Shown here piece after piece: positions 11,041 to 21,025 of a DNA stretch of 64,000 bases (position 1 is the first letter of the stretch; each line of letters starts with the position of its first letter). Both the position numbers and the translations under genes were made by a program. Below the pieces are notes generated by a model, which saw only the letters and a list, made by a program, of their open reading frames with translations, made no database searches and had not been told where the DNA came from. This DNA is from a virus: IMG/VR virus record IMGVR_UViG_2808606540_000001, positions 61,095 to 125,094 of that record, one strand, 5' to 3'.

Positions 11041-11838
11041 TTACCTTATAAACTTATAGTTTATTGTTAAGCGAGTATTGAAATTCTTTAAATCCTCTTT
11101 TAACCCATAGTATGAGTACACTTCTTTTATGATGTCATTTAAGAAACGAGAAACAACTGCAACATGCGTTTCAATTTCTCCTTCTTTCCTATAAACCTCT
11201 ACGTAGTTTTCATCGAATTTAAAATAGTTAGCTGCTTCTAATGCATGAACTTCGCTAGAGAGTGATTGGTACAAGAGTATATACTCTTTCTCGTATTTTA
11301 AGTATTTGCACAGAGCACGAAAGTTATTAATTTCCTTGCTGATGCTGTACCATTTTTGTTTTAGATCCTTATGATTTAAACTATTTAAATAGTTCTGCTT
11401 AAGTTCATCCGTAAAGTCTTTATCCGCCATTTTAGGAAACTTTGTATTCAACATGTCGATAGTAAAATTAAGATATTTTCTTAACTCGCCACCCATTAAA
11501 GATTGCTCAACCATTTGATTGAAGAATTTCACTTGTCTAAGTTTTAATGAATAAAAGTAAGATTTTCCTCGCCCTATCGTATCTTTTTGTAAAATGAATT
11601 TAAGATAGATAAAATTTTCCATCATCATTCTGGTTAACGAGTCAGCCCCATTAAAACTTTTATTATCTAGCAATAAAATTAGAGAGTTTGTTTTCCCAAT
11701 CATATCCTCAAAAAGACCAATTATGGCAGCATCATGGACATCGAACTGTTTTTCCGGCTTGTTAATGTCAAAATGTTTTTGTAACACATTTTGAGTAACT
11801 AATTCAGCTTCTGCATGTAGTAACTTTAAAAGCTTCAT
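11041..11838 (-). CDS. DUF5677-like / HEPN-like helical protein (putative defence)
   Basis: ADSLTRMMMENFIYLKFI and YQSLSSEVH motifs typical of this family. Confidence 0.6.
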   Translation of the reverse strand: MKLLKLLHAEAELVTQNVLQKHFDINKPEKQFDVHDAAIIGLFEDMIGKTNSLILLLDNKSFNGADSLTRMMMENFIYLKFILQKDTIGRGKSYFYSLKLRQVKFFNQMVEQSLMGGELRKYLNFTIDMLNTKFPKMADKDFTDELKQNYLNSLNHKDLKQKWYSISKEINNFRALCKYLKYEKEYILLYQSLSSEVHALEAANYFKFDENYVEVYRKEGEIETHVAVVSRFLNDIIKEVYSYYGLKEDLKNFNTRLTINYKFIR

Positions 11839-12436
11839 CTCTTCCTCCTTTCCCCGGTAAAAGAGAAGTTTTAATTAAATATGGCTTCGTATTTTTCCCA
11901 TGCTATATTATATTCACTTTCTGCAACAGTTATTGCTTTTTCAGTACCCTTCCTTTTCTTAAGTTTACCTGTCTTAGTTGTATAAAATAAATGCTGATCC
12001 CACATGAACGAATTTTTATTTGCTTTTTCACTGCCGTAAATAACATTTGAATCATATTTCCAGCCCATTTCTTTATACCTCCTCAGTCCCATTAAAAGGG
12101 AAATCTTATAGGGAATTAAATTTCAATTTAACTAATTATACCAGCTACCTTACAAATAGTATTCATTCAAATCATACCCTATTTTACTGAGCCACTTTTC
12201 AATTTTATCGAAGCTGCTTTCAGATATTAGATCCTCAATTTCCTCCATATCCATTCCACCTGAATTATGATGTTCCTTGAATACATCCAGCACATATTCT
12301 TTGTAAGTCATTGGCTCACTCCCTTTATTGTTTCCTTGTTTTTCCTTATCTTTATTTTAAAACAAAATAAACTAATAATCAACTGTTAATTTGTAAATTG
12401 AATAAAAAAGAGCCTGAATATTTTCAGACTCTCTGA

Positions 12437-12706
12437 TCATCTTTTATTATCAACCTTCAATTCAATTTCTAACGCAAACAATATTTTCATTAAAGTATCT
12501 AATCTAGGTATCGCATCCATCGTCATCATTCTGGAAATGGCTGGCTGCTTAATGCCACTCATATCCGCCAATTCTTTTTGCGTAATATTCTTCTCAGTCA
12601 TTTTAATTTTCATTTGCACGATACAATTAGTATAGAAATTATAGAAATACCTATCAAACTCGTTCATATTTGTTTCTTTCCATTCTAACCAATTCACAGA
12701 TATCAA
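12437..12706 (-). CDS. XRE HTH protein, HigA-like antitoxin/regulator
   Basis: ITQKELADMSGIKQPAISRM...PRLDTLMKILFAL. Confidence 0.8.
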   Translation of the reverse strand: MISVNWLEWKETNMNEFDRYFYNFYTNCIVQMKIKMTEKNITQKELADMSGIKQPAISRMMTMDAIPRLDTLMKILFALEIELKVDNKR

Positions 12707-12847
12707 CCCTTTATAACTTATTGATGATATTTTATTACATATTAGTTATATTTACAAATCATTAAGATAAAAAGAAATGTTATTCTCACCATTAGCACAT
12801 TTTTGTGACAATGGTTCTGTGTATCCTTATAAAAAAGAGAACTATCT

Positions 12848-13117
12848 CTAGTCCTCCTGATTATCAACTAACACAATACTCATTCCTAACGCATTAGCAA
12901 GCTTCCCTAACGTTTCAAGTGTCGGTACGTCTATTCCATTCTCCATCCTTGAAATAGTCTTCTGAGCGACTCCTGACAGCCTAGACAGTTCCCTTTGTGA
13001 GATACCCTTTCTATCCTTAGCTGCCATTAATTCGCCCACAATTTCAAGTGTAAAGAATAATGAAGGATTCTCATTTTTTAGGTCATTTCTTACATCGTCA
13101 AAATTATTCATTTGCAA
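12848..13117 (-). CDS. XRE HTH protein, HigA-like antitoxin/regulator
   Basis: ISQRELSRLSGVAQKTISRMENG...PTLETLGKLANAL; N-terminal NFDDVR..LK.ENP as in HigA-type proteins. Confidence 0.8.
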   Translation of the reverse strand: MQMNNFDDVRNDLKNENPSLFFTLEIVGELMAAKDRKGISQRELSRLSGVAQKTISRMENGIDVPTLETLGKLANALGMSIVLVDNQED

Positions 13118-13123
13118 GCTCCT

Positions 13124-13683
13124 CTAAGAATCTTTTTGTGTCTTTTTCCCTTCCTTTAAGGTTGCAATAACCCAGACGATGAGAACTATAATTGGAAGGA
13201 CAATAAACATGAACAAGTCATAATAATGATCTACTTTTGGTGAGTTAATATTATTTATAATTGCTGTACATATTATTGCTGGCAAAGTTCCCAGTATTAA
13301 AAAGAGAAATATTCTTAGAGACCTAGGCATCTCTTGTTTTCCCATATCTATTTCCCCTTTCCCTTATCTAATGATCTTAATGATTTTTTTACAGTAACAG
13401 GATTGAGAGTGCTTTTCTTATATGCACCAGTATTTCCTCTCTCTCGCCTTCCTGTGTTTGTGCCAGTGTTAATTCCTGCGGCATAACGTTCAAGAGCCTC
13501 GTATTGCTCTCTTAATGGAATTTCTTTTTTGTCTTTAAGTTCTAAATAATCTTCCACAGAATTAACTTCATCTTTCTTCTTAAAATATATATAATTTGCA
13601 TAGTGTTTAGTACAAAGTCCCTTTGATCTTACTATATTAGTACAAGTTGAAAATAAACACTTACTATCGGCTGCATTTTTCAA
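13124..13683 (-). CDS. Two-TM membrane protein (13124-13345) and Zn-finger protein (13348-13683)
   Basis: Hydrophobic segments; C-x4-C-x9-CxxHY motif. Confidence 0.55.
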
Positions 13684-13921
13684 CTGAACACTTCCTTATC
13701 TTTTAGTCTTCATATAAAGTATACCAAATAGACTTGCATCAATCATCTAAATTCTTAAGCATCTCACCATATTCAGTATCCAGATCATTCAGTAACTCTT
13801 TAAATTCCTTGTCATTCTCAATTTCTTTTGCTGCTTTTTCAAACTTTTCTAACTCATCTTCGCTGGCAAATTTAAGTGTCTTCTTATACTCGTTCCATTT
13901 CATTTAATTCATCTCCTTTTC

Positions 13922-14050
13922 AAAAAAAACGGACTACCTAACTCCGTACTACACTTGCCTTGGCTCGTGTCTGGGTGTTTCCATACTTAAGTATGAAGCA
14001 GGGTTAGAGGTTTGTAGTCTCGCCTACTGTTAACCCTTGTTCGGCAGATA
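13922..14050 (-). ncRNA. Candidate structured RNA/attenuator
   Basis: GC-rich intergenic segment with outer stem gactac/gtagtc, inner palindrome catacttaagtatg, ending in a long U run on the minus strand. Confidence 0.35.
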
Positions 14051-14053
14051 ACT

Positions 14054-14167
14054 TTATTTGTTAATGTTTTTTATTTGCTTATCAAATAGCTTGCTGAAAT
14101 TGTACAAAATAACTCCAGCTATCAAACCTATAGTTATAAATCTCGTGTCATATAGAAACCATTTCAA
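14054..14167 (-). CDS. 37-aa single-TM peptide (MKWFLYDTRFITIGLIAGVILYNFSKLFDKQIKNINK)
   Basis: AGGAGGTG RBS + TTG; hand translation. Confidence 0.55.
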   Translation of the reverse strand: MKWFLYDTRFITIGLIAGVILYNFSKLFDKQIKNINK

Positions 14168-14330
14168 GTTAACACCTCCTAATCAAAACATATAAGATTG
14201 GAGACATAGCAAAAGGTGTAAATAGCATTAGCAATGTTGATCTTCCAGTAAAAATAATGTCTCCAATTACCCATATGACCATGAATATTACTTGATATTT
14301 AAATAAGGTACTTAGAAGCTTATAGTCCAT

Positions 14331-15006
14331 TTATAGTAGATTTTGATTCTCCTTCCACTTATCCATTGCATCCCAAAACGAATCAGTTAGATAAAATCTA
14401 GAAGTGGATATATTTATCTCCTTATCCCATTCTTCGTGTCCATTGTGATATTCCAAGCTTTCAACGTTGCTTCCTTGAAAATCAAAAATTACATCAGCCC
14501 AATATTGATTATACCCTTCTGTTATCTCGGTTATTTTGTTGCTCATTTCCTCAAAATTGGGAAAGAACAACTCATACTGGTTATATTTAAAATCTTCTTC
14601 ATCAAAGGAATCTTCATAGTCGCCTAGCCAATTTAACTTCTTTGGCATTACTGTCTCTGTAACTTCCATTTTAAATAGGAAGTTTCCTTCAGTTTTAAAG
14701 CTCATTTTCCTGAACCCTCTCTAAGTACCGTTTTAAATACTCAGGTTCCTCATATTCATCATTTACATTACACTCTTTAACCATGTCCCAAAGTAAGCCA
14801 CCGTATGTATCATCCCTAAGCTTAAACGCCTCACATATACCATTTTCTTGATAATGTTTAGTCTTATCAAACCTCAAAAATGGACACGGATGAACCCATT
14901 TACCATCTGGTCTATAACCATAACAGTACATACCTTTTGGAATATGAGCCTCTAAGTTTCTCATTCGTCTTTTCTTACCACGTAACTTTTTGCTGCGGTT
15001 AGCCAT
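14331..15006 (-). CDS. Two hypothetical phage proteins (14331-14705, 14695-15006)
   Basis: Overlapping co-oriented ORFs; second has IPKGMYCY...CPF...C...LWD.VKEC Cys motif. Confidence 0.6.
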
Positions 15007-15028
15007 TATACAATCCTCCTTAACTATT

Positions 15029-15463
15029 TTAATTTTTCACTGTATTAGGCTTAGTTTGAAAATGCGAATCCACACAATATGCAGCGTGTGTAATGTATCC
15101 TTTTGTTTTAATTCCATTTCTTTTCAACAGTATGTATCCCTTGATCCAAGCGTCCACTTCATCAAGCATGAACCTTAATTTAGATTTATCCCTTTCTCTA
15201 TAGTATTGTTTAATTATTTCTTTATCCTCACCTAACTTAATCCATCTCTTTCTAAACTGTTTACAGTGTCCTAATTCATGTGCAAATTCAAATATCCCAT
15301 TAGCCTCTTTGTTCCTGACAGAGACTGTTATTTCCTTTGTCAAATGACCACAGAAAGATACTCCACGATTAGTTATAATTGTTTTATATCCCATTTTCTT
15401 TGCGACTTCTTTTAGTATGTAGTATTTATTCATAAACTCATTAGATAGATTCATAGTAGTCAA
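15029..15463 (-). CDS. HEXXH zinc metallopeptidase (ImmA/IrrE-like)
   Basis: FAHELGH followed by EVDAW. Confidence 0.65.
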   Translation of the reverse strand: MTTMNLSNEFMNKYYILKEVAKKMGYKTIITNRGVSFCGHLTKEITVSVRNKEANGIFEFAHELGHCKQFRKRWIKLGEDKEIIKQYYRERDKSKLRFMLDEVDAWIKGYILLKRNGIKTKGYITHAAYCVDSHFQTKPNTVKN

Positions 15464-16137
15464 TCCTTTAGCTCCAGTATTTCAATCCTAACTTTATTAG
15501 CTCTCTCCAAAATAACTCTTACAGGTATCCCATCAATCGTCATTTCTTCTCCGTAACCATCACAACCATATCCTGCCGTAACTGGTTCACCCTCGAATAA
15601 CGTGTCGAAGTAACCTTTAAATGAATTTACAAACTCATCTATATCCCCAAATTCATAGCGATTACTGTATTTTTCTCCTTTAACTTGGATTTCAAAAGAG
15701 ATGCCACTAGAACTATTCATATCTCCTTCATACATTTGTGTTATTTCTACAGATTCTGGGCTATGTGTATTCTTTAATTTTTGAATTATTTCATCTGAAT
15801 GTTCAATGAATTGCATGTAGGAATTTATAGCTTCTTTTGTATTTACATATGACATGTAATAATAATCAAACTCACCATGTTCTCCGATATAAAAACAAAA
15901 GTCAGCATTGTATTCTTTCCAATCCATTTTTACAAGCCAATTTCCATATGTAGGTAATGATGATTCTGTAACGGATATATCAGCAAAAGGGAAAGCCTCT
16001 TTTAATTCATTGTATATTTCAATTGATTCCCCTTCGGAAGTATCAACCATTGAGTAGTTGCTTAGTAAATGTTTAATTAATCCCTCTTCACTCGTAAATG
16101 ATTTATTGTCTATTTTGGATACGAACAGTTTGCTCAT
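15460..16137 (-). CDS. Hypothetical protein
   Basis: 225-aa ORF with RBS, overlapping the next gene. Confidence 0.7.
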   Translation of the reverse strand: MSKLFVSKIDNKSFTSEEGLIKHLLSNYSMVDTSEGESIEIYNELKEAFPFADISVTESSLPTYGNWLVKMDWKEYNADFCFYIGEHGEFDYYYMSYVNTKEAINSYMQFIEHSDEIIQKLKNTHSPESVEITQMYEGDMNSSSGISFEIQVKGEKYSNRYEFGDIDEFVNSFKGYFDTLFEGEPVTAGYGCDGYGEEMTIDGIPVRVILERANKVRIEILELKD

Positions 16138-17317
16138 TTAATATCTCTCCTTTTTATTCACGTTTTCTTGATAAGACTTTTTTCAATTATGCATTGGTGA
16201 TCTTATAGTATAGATCAGTCTCTTCTTCACTTAATGGTCTTTCCGTTGATATGACAAATCCCCAATTTTTTAGAATGTCTAATTCTTCTTCTGTGAAATT
16301 CATGGTTTAGCCTCCTCAAATTTAGAATATAGTTATTTCTTTTGAGTATTTTCAATTACATCTTCTGTCACTCTTTCAAATATTTCTCTTTCTACCATTC
16401 CTCTATCTTCTTTTAACACAATAATTTCTTGTTCTAGTTTTTCCACCTTTTCAGCCTGTTCAATAAGCCAATCTGTATGTCCAGCGTAGAATAATTCTTG
16501 AGATATATCTTTAACTCTATTTATGTCGTCATCCTATAAGATTTTCTTATCCTTGCAATACTTCTCAGCTTCTTTCCATAGCTTGAAATCAAGGTCAGCA
16601 TTAGATCCAAGGTATTTATACAATTTTTTAATTAACTCCTGAGCTTCTTTTAGTTCTTTTTCCATTAATGATCATTCCTTTTCTTTTTATTTTGATAAGT
16701 TAACCGCAATAGCCCTCTATGCATGTTCTATGATGAATTACATTTTTGTAGCGTTTAACTTGTCTGCGTAGTCTTGAGCATCTGTTTCATTATTAAACCC
16801 ATCTTTTTCGGTAGCCCAGTAATTACCGCCATGCTCACACCAATCTTGATAAATAACCATAAATTCTCCAACTTCGCCGCAACTTACAAAATACTTACTA
16901 CTTTCTTTCATGTAAACATTTTCCTCCTTCACAATTTGTATTTATAATTTTTTTCTATGGATTGTAAAGCCAGCAATAAAAACCCGGTTCTGTTATACGG
17001 ATTCTCAATTCCCCATAAAGGCTAGGGATAAAAAGGTCGTGCTGTTATATGCGATTTTTATAAATTAGCCCGTGATCCAAACACTCGGCTGTTATACAAC
17101 TTTTTCAAATTTAAAAACGCATCAACAAAACTGCATAACTCAAAGCAACAACTCCAGAAAAAATTAAAGTGTATGAGTTATTCTTAACAAAAGTTTTCAC
17201 TGTCTCACCTCCTGAAAAGTCGTGGCGATATTTTTGGCTTGCTGTTATATAGCTTTATGGGCTGTATAGGAAGGAGTTTCAACCCTCCCTATACTTTTAT
17301 ATGTAATTATTTTTTAA

Positions 17318-18931
17318 TTAGGATGTCAGCCTCAAGAATTCCTCTGTCTGGACAATATAATAATTTTTGTTTCTCATAACATCGTTATAAGATTTCTCGC
17401 CCTCAAAGTTATCAATTACTTCCCTTTCTTCCCTTGTCATATCGTTGTATGATGCCTTGCCGTATGAAGGAGGAAGGAAGCCTTTTTTCTGGCTGCCGAA
17501 TAAGTTAAATTTCTTCAATAGTTCCATGTCTCTAAATTCAATGTGAGTAGTCCCTTTCTTATAGAAAGTTACATAGAAATACTTGAGTTCAATCTTTTTT
17601 GTTTCTCCATAATGTTCAGCCATTTTTAAGGCTTGCTCTAGGTCAATGTCTTCGGATCTGCCGTTATCTAGGTAATTAAAGACTTTTTCTATATCCTTTA
17701 ACTTGTCTTTAACTTCCCATTTTGTCGGGTTATACCTGCCCCAAGAATATTGCATGTCATAGAATCCATTTAAAGGGATAATGACTTTTTTATTGATCTT
17801 GTAGGCTTTGTTAGTCTTCCATCCGTTAAAGTGCAAAATATTCTTAGACTGTTCATCATAGTAATGATGTTTATGGCTGAATTCCTCAAATAGATTTAAG
17901 ATAGTATCTTCCACACCCTGTATCATTTCTTTATTTAACTCTATGCGAATTGTATAGATGTTATAGAATGAGAAATCATAGTCTTTAAGCTCTTCTACTT
18001 GCTGCATATATTTAGCCTTTAGATTACTTGTAAATAAACCCATAAACTGATCATTATTAAATAATGCTTTCCAATATTTCAGCCTTATTTGCTTTATATA
18101 AGCATTCTCTAGGCTGCTCCCGTCTTCATCCCTATAGGAAAGGTCTAGCTTTAAAATAGGGCTGCTGTTATCCTTAAAGCTCCCTAACATATAAGGCACT
18201 AATGAATTATATTCCTCAATAAGTTTTAATCCTGCTTTAACTTCATAATTATATTGCTGGACAATTCCTCTTATAAAATCTGACTCTATTAATTTGTCGC
18301 TGTTATACTCATTTTTAGCCTTGTACGTTTCTTCTTGTTTCAGCTCGTCAAGGATCACGCTGTTATTATGACTTTTCTCAAATTTTATATAAATTATTGC
18401 CGTTTCTACATCTGTCTTCCTTTCAGCATTTGAAAATGCATTCTGTATAAATTCAACTTCTGCATTATTTTCTTCTAACTTCCTGATAAGCTCTTTTCTC
18501 GTATTGCTGTATGGATTCTTGAGCGTTTCAGCGTTTAGAAGGCTCAGAACCTGCCCCGGTTTCTGCTGTGCTTCCATCATTGTTATAGCTTGTAATAAGT
18601 GTTTATCTCCTTGGCTGTATGGTGGATTCATGAAAATTAGGTCATATTGTTTATATGTTTGATATGTAAGAAAGTCGTCTGCTACAACCCTGTAATTTTT
18701 ACCCTTTAAAACGTGCCTTAAATTCTCGTCATATTCGATTAAATCAACATCGAAGTTATTTCTTCTATATGCCTTCGTATAGTCGAATTGCTTCCGTACA
18801 GCCTCAACAAGATCCCCTTTTCCTGCCGATGGTTCTAAAACCGTTTGAACCGTCTTCCAATCTATTTTACTGGTCATTTTGTTAATTAGTTGTGTTGGAG
18901 TGGGAAAGAAATCCGGGTTTTCTTTAAACAT
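17318..18931 (-). CDS. SAM-dependent N6-adenine-type DNA methyltransferase with DUF4942-like C-terminus
   Basis: FFPTP, VLEPSAGKG (motif I), MNPPY (motif IV), C-terminal FYKKGTTHIEF. Confidence 0.85.
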   Translation of the reverse strand: MFKENPDFFPTPTQLINKMTSKIDWKTVQTVLEPSAGKGDLVEAVRKQFDYTKAYRRNNFDVDLIEYDENLRHVLKGKNYRVVADDFLTYQTYKQYDLIFMNPPYSQGDKHLLQAITMMEAQQKPGQVLSLLNAETLKNPYSNTRKELIRKLEENNAEVEFIQNAFSNAERKTDVETAIIYIKFEKSHNNSVILDELKQEETYKAKNEYNSDKLIESDFIRGIVQQYNYEVKAGLKLIEEYNSLVPYMLGSFKDNSSPILKLDLSYRDEDGSSLENAYIKQIRLKYWKALFNNDQFMGLFTSNLKAKYMQQVEELKDYDFSFYNIYTIRIELNKEMIQGVEDTILNLFEEFSHKHHYYDEQSKNILHFNGWKTNKAYKINKKVIIPLNGFYDMQYSWGRYNPTKWEVKDKLKDIEKVFNYLDNGRSEDIDLEQALKMAEHYGETKKIELKYFYVTFYKKGTTHIEFRDMELLKKFNLFGSQKKGFLPPSYGKASYNDMTREEREVIDNFEGEKSYNDVMRNKNYYIVQTEEFLRLTS

Positions 18932-18998
18932 TTTTACAACCTCCTAGCAATATTCAGGGGTTTTTGTTATTGCAGATTCCACTTAAACTGCTTCACCT

Positions 18999-20876
18999 TT
19001 ACAACATCGGGCGATAAGTGTTTACAATCGGTAAAATTTCTTGCTGCTTAAAGTGGTTTAATATTTCATCATACTGCCTGTTATCGCAAGAATGGAATTT
19101 GCTCCTAGTGACTAGGAAGCCTTTTGCTTCCTCTTGCTCATGCAAAACTGATGTTGGGAGCGTATGCCAACCCCTGTATACCAGCACTGTAGAATAAAAG
19201 TGTTTATAATGTAAATTTCTCTTTTTTTCAGGTTTAAAGGTTAATTTAACCGCATTGTCATATTGTGCATACTTAGCATTTTCCACACTGTCGAAGGTGA
19301 TTCTATTTGTTACAATGGAACCCCAATCAGAGATATAGAACAATGTAACCTTTTCCCCTTGCTTAATCTCTGCCCGTTCAAATTGATCCTGAATTCCGTC
19401 AACTTCTGTTAGTAGCTTATACATTGCCGTTTTAATTGCTTCTATATCAAGCTGCTGGATAACTGACTTAGTTAATTTAAATTCATATCTAATTAATTTA
19501 TCTTTCACACCTTGCTTATATTCGTTCCAGCTCTCTTTTTCCCATGTTGTCATGATGTCTAATTCTTCAATTACCTGTGTAGAAATATCGGCTAACTTTT
19601 CAGATTCTAATTTTAATGCTTCTAATTCTTCACCGGATACAACTTGATCAACTGTTACAGTCTTTTCAATTTGTGCGCTATCTGTTAATCCTACATATCT
19701 AGCATATGAATATCCTTGAGCATCTACAACAAATTGAAGCTTTCCTTCAAAGTAGATTGCCACTCCTTTTAGGAACCATTTAACAGTCTTTCTTTCAAAC
19801 TCATCCATGTTATCGAAGTCTGTCATTGAATTAATTCTATTATCTTCTGTAAAGCTGCCGCCTGTGTTAGTTAAGAAATCAAAGTCATTCATTAGCATGT
19901 TAGAGAAGTTTTCTAATGCTTCTGCATTGTTGAAATGTATTTCTTTTGTTACTCTCACATCTTCCAGAGAGTAATCGCCTTTCATTACTTCCTCTTTGTA
20001 TTTATCTAGTGTGCAATTTTTGTTAAGGTCTGCAAACTCTGCACCAGTGATAAAGTATTGGTTGTTTTCGTCCAGTTCAGAAACTTCAATGCTGTTATAG
20101 ATGTTTTCAACTGCTTTCTTTTCCTCTTCTTCACGTTTAGCAATTTCGGCTTGCTTGATTTCATCTTGTTTCTTCCATTCTAGATATTCCTGATGCTTTC
20201 TTTCCTCTTCTGCTTGCTGGAATTCTTCTAGTTTAGAATCAAAATCAGACATTTCTTTTTTAATTTCTTCTGTTGCTTCTGTTTGAGTGTAATCATAGTC
20301 AACATCTACACCAAAGAAATAGAAGTTGTAGCTTGCAGGAATATCAGAATAAGAATCACCAGCATCATAACAAACCTGATAAGCATTGATTAGGTTATTG
20401 CAGTATGCTTGGATTGCTTTTAAATATTCGCTATCCTTTGCATAAGGTGCTGCTTTAATGTCTGCATTCAATTTCCCATAGTAAGGAACACGTACAGAGA
20501 ATTTACATTGCGGAAAACGTTTCTTAATGTGTGAACGAACCTCTTTTGCAATATCCTTGATATCTTGCTTTGAGTCCACTTTTATTTCTGTCCATTGTGT
20601 AGCTTCCCAAAGGCTCAAAGTTACCCTTTTAGATTTTGTTTGCTTATTTTCCTTAACTGCTGCAGGTGCTGCAACTTCTTCAGATCCTGTTAAAGCGTTA
20701 GCAACTTGGAAAGCTTTCTCGGATTGTTTTGTATACCAGCATTTTTTGAAGTTAGACCAGCGAAACCCTGTAGACTTTAACTCACTTAATACGCTTTGTT
20801 GTGGCTTAGTGTTAAAATACAACTCGATTCCGTTTAGTTCCTCATTGATCTTCATAGCTACTGACATTTCCAACAC
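18999..20876 (-). CDS. Polyvalent protein with LPD29-like domain
   Basis: IAKEVRSHIKKRFPQCKFSVR (LPD29-like); N-terminal GIELYF..KP.......LKSTGFRWS...KCWY module; adjacent to the methyltransferase. Confidence 0.65.
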   Translation of the reverse strand: MLEMSVAMKINEELNGIELYFNTKPQQSVLSELKSTGFRWSNFKKCWYTKQSEKAFQVANALTGSEEVAAPAAVKENKQTKSKRVTLSLWEATQWTEIKVDSKQDIKDIAKEVRSHIKKRFPQCKFSVRVPYYGKLNADIKAAPYAKDSEYLKAIQAYCNNLINAYQVCYDAGDSYSDIPASYNFYFFGVDVDYDYTQTEATEEIKKEMSDFDSKLEEFQQAEEERKHQEYLEWKKQDEIKQAEIAKREEEEKKAVENIYNSIEVSELDENNQYFITGAEFADLNKNCTLDKYKEEVMKGDYSLEDVRVTKEIHFNNAEALENFSNMLMNDFDFLTNTGGSFTEDNRINSMTDFDNMDEFERKTVKWFLKGVAIYFEGKLQFVVDAQGYSYARYVGLTDSAQIEKTVTVDQVVSGEELEALKLESEKLADISTQVIEELDIMTTWEKESWNEYKQGVKDKLIRYEFKLTKSVIQQLDIEAIKTAMYKLLTEVDGIQDQFERAEIKQGEKVTLFYISDWGSIVTNRITFDSVENAKYAQYDNAVKLTFKPEKKRNLHYKHFYSTVLVYRGWHTLPTSVLHEQEEAKGFLVTRSKFHSCDNRQYDEILNHFKQQEILPIVNTYRPML

Positions 20877-21025
20877 TCCTTGAAAGTTTTATTTATGTAT
20901 TTCTTAACTACCTTTATTGTATCACCTATAAACAAAATAATCAAATATAAATTAACTAAATTAGCAACTTTTTTCAATTATTTTTTATAAAAGAAAAAGC
21001 AACCTTTCCATGCTTAGGCTGCTTT

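Larger units (their letters stand above)
2410..11873. repeat. Dispersed 16-bp palindrome TAAAA-N6-TTTYA (coding strand) at gene junctions
   Basis: Copies, several degenerate, at 2410, 3692, 4594, 6727, 6854, 7318, 7786, 8182, 8393, 9626, 9883, 10613, 11028, 11858; in nine the first three nt are the upstream stop codon. Confidence 0.65.
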
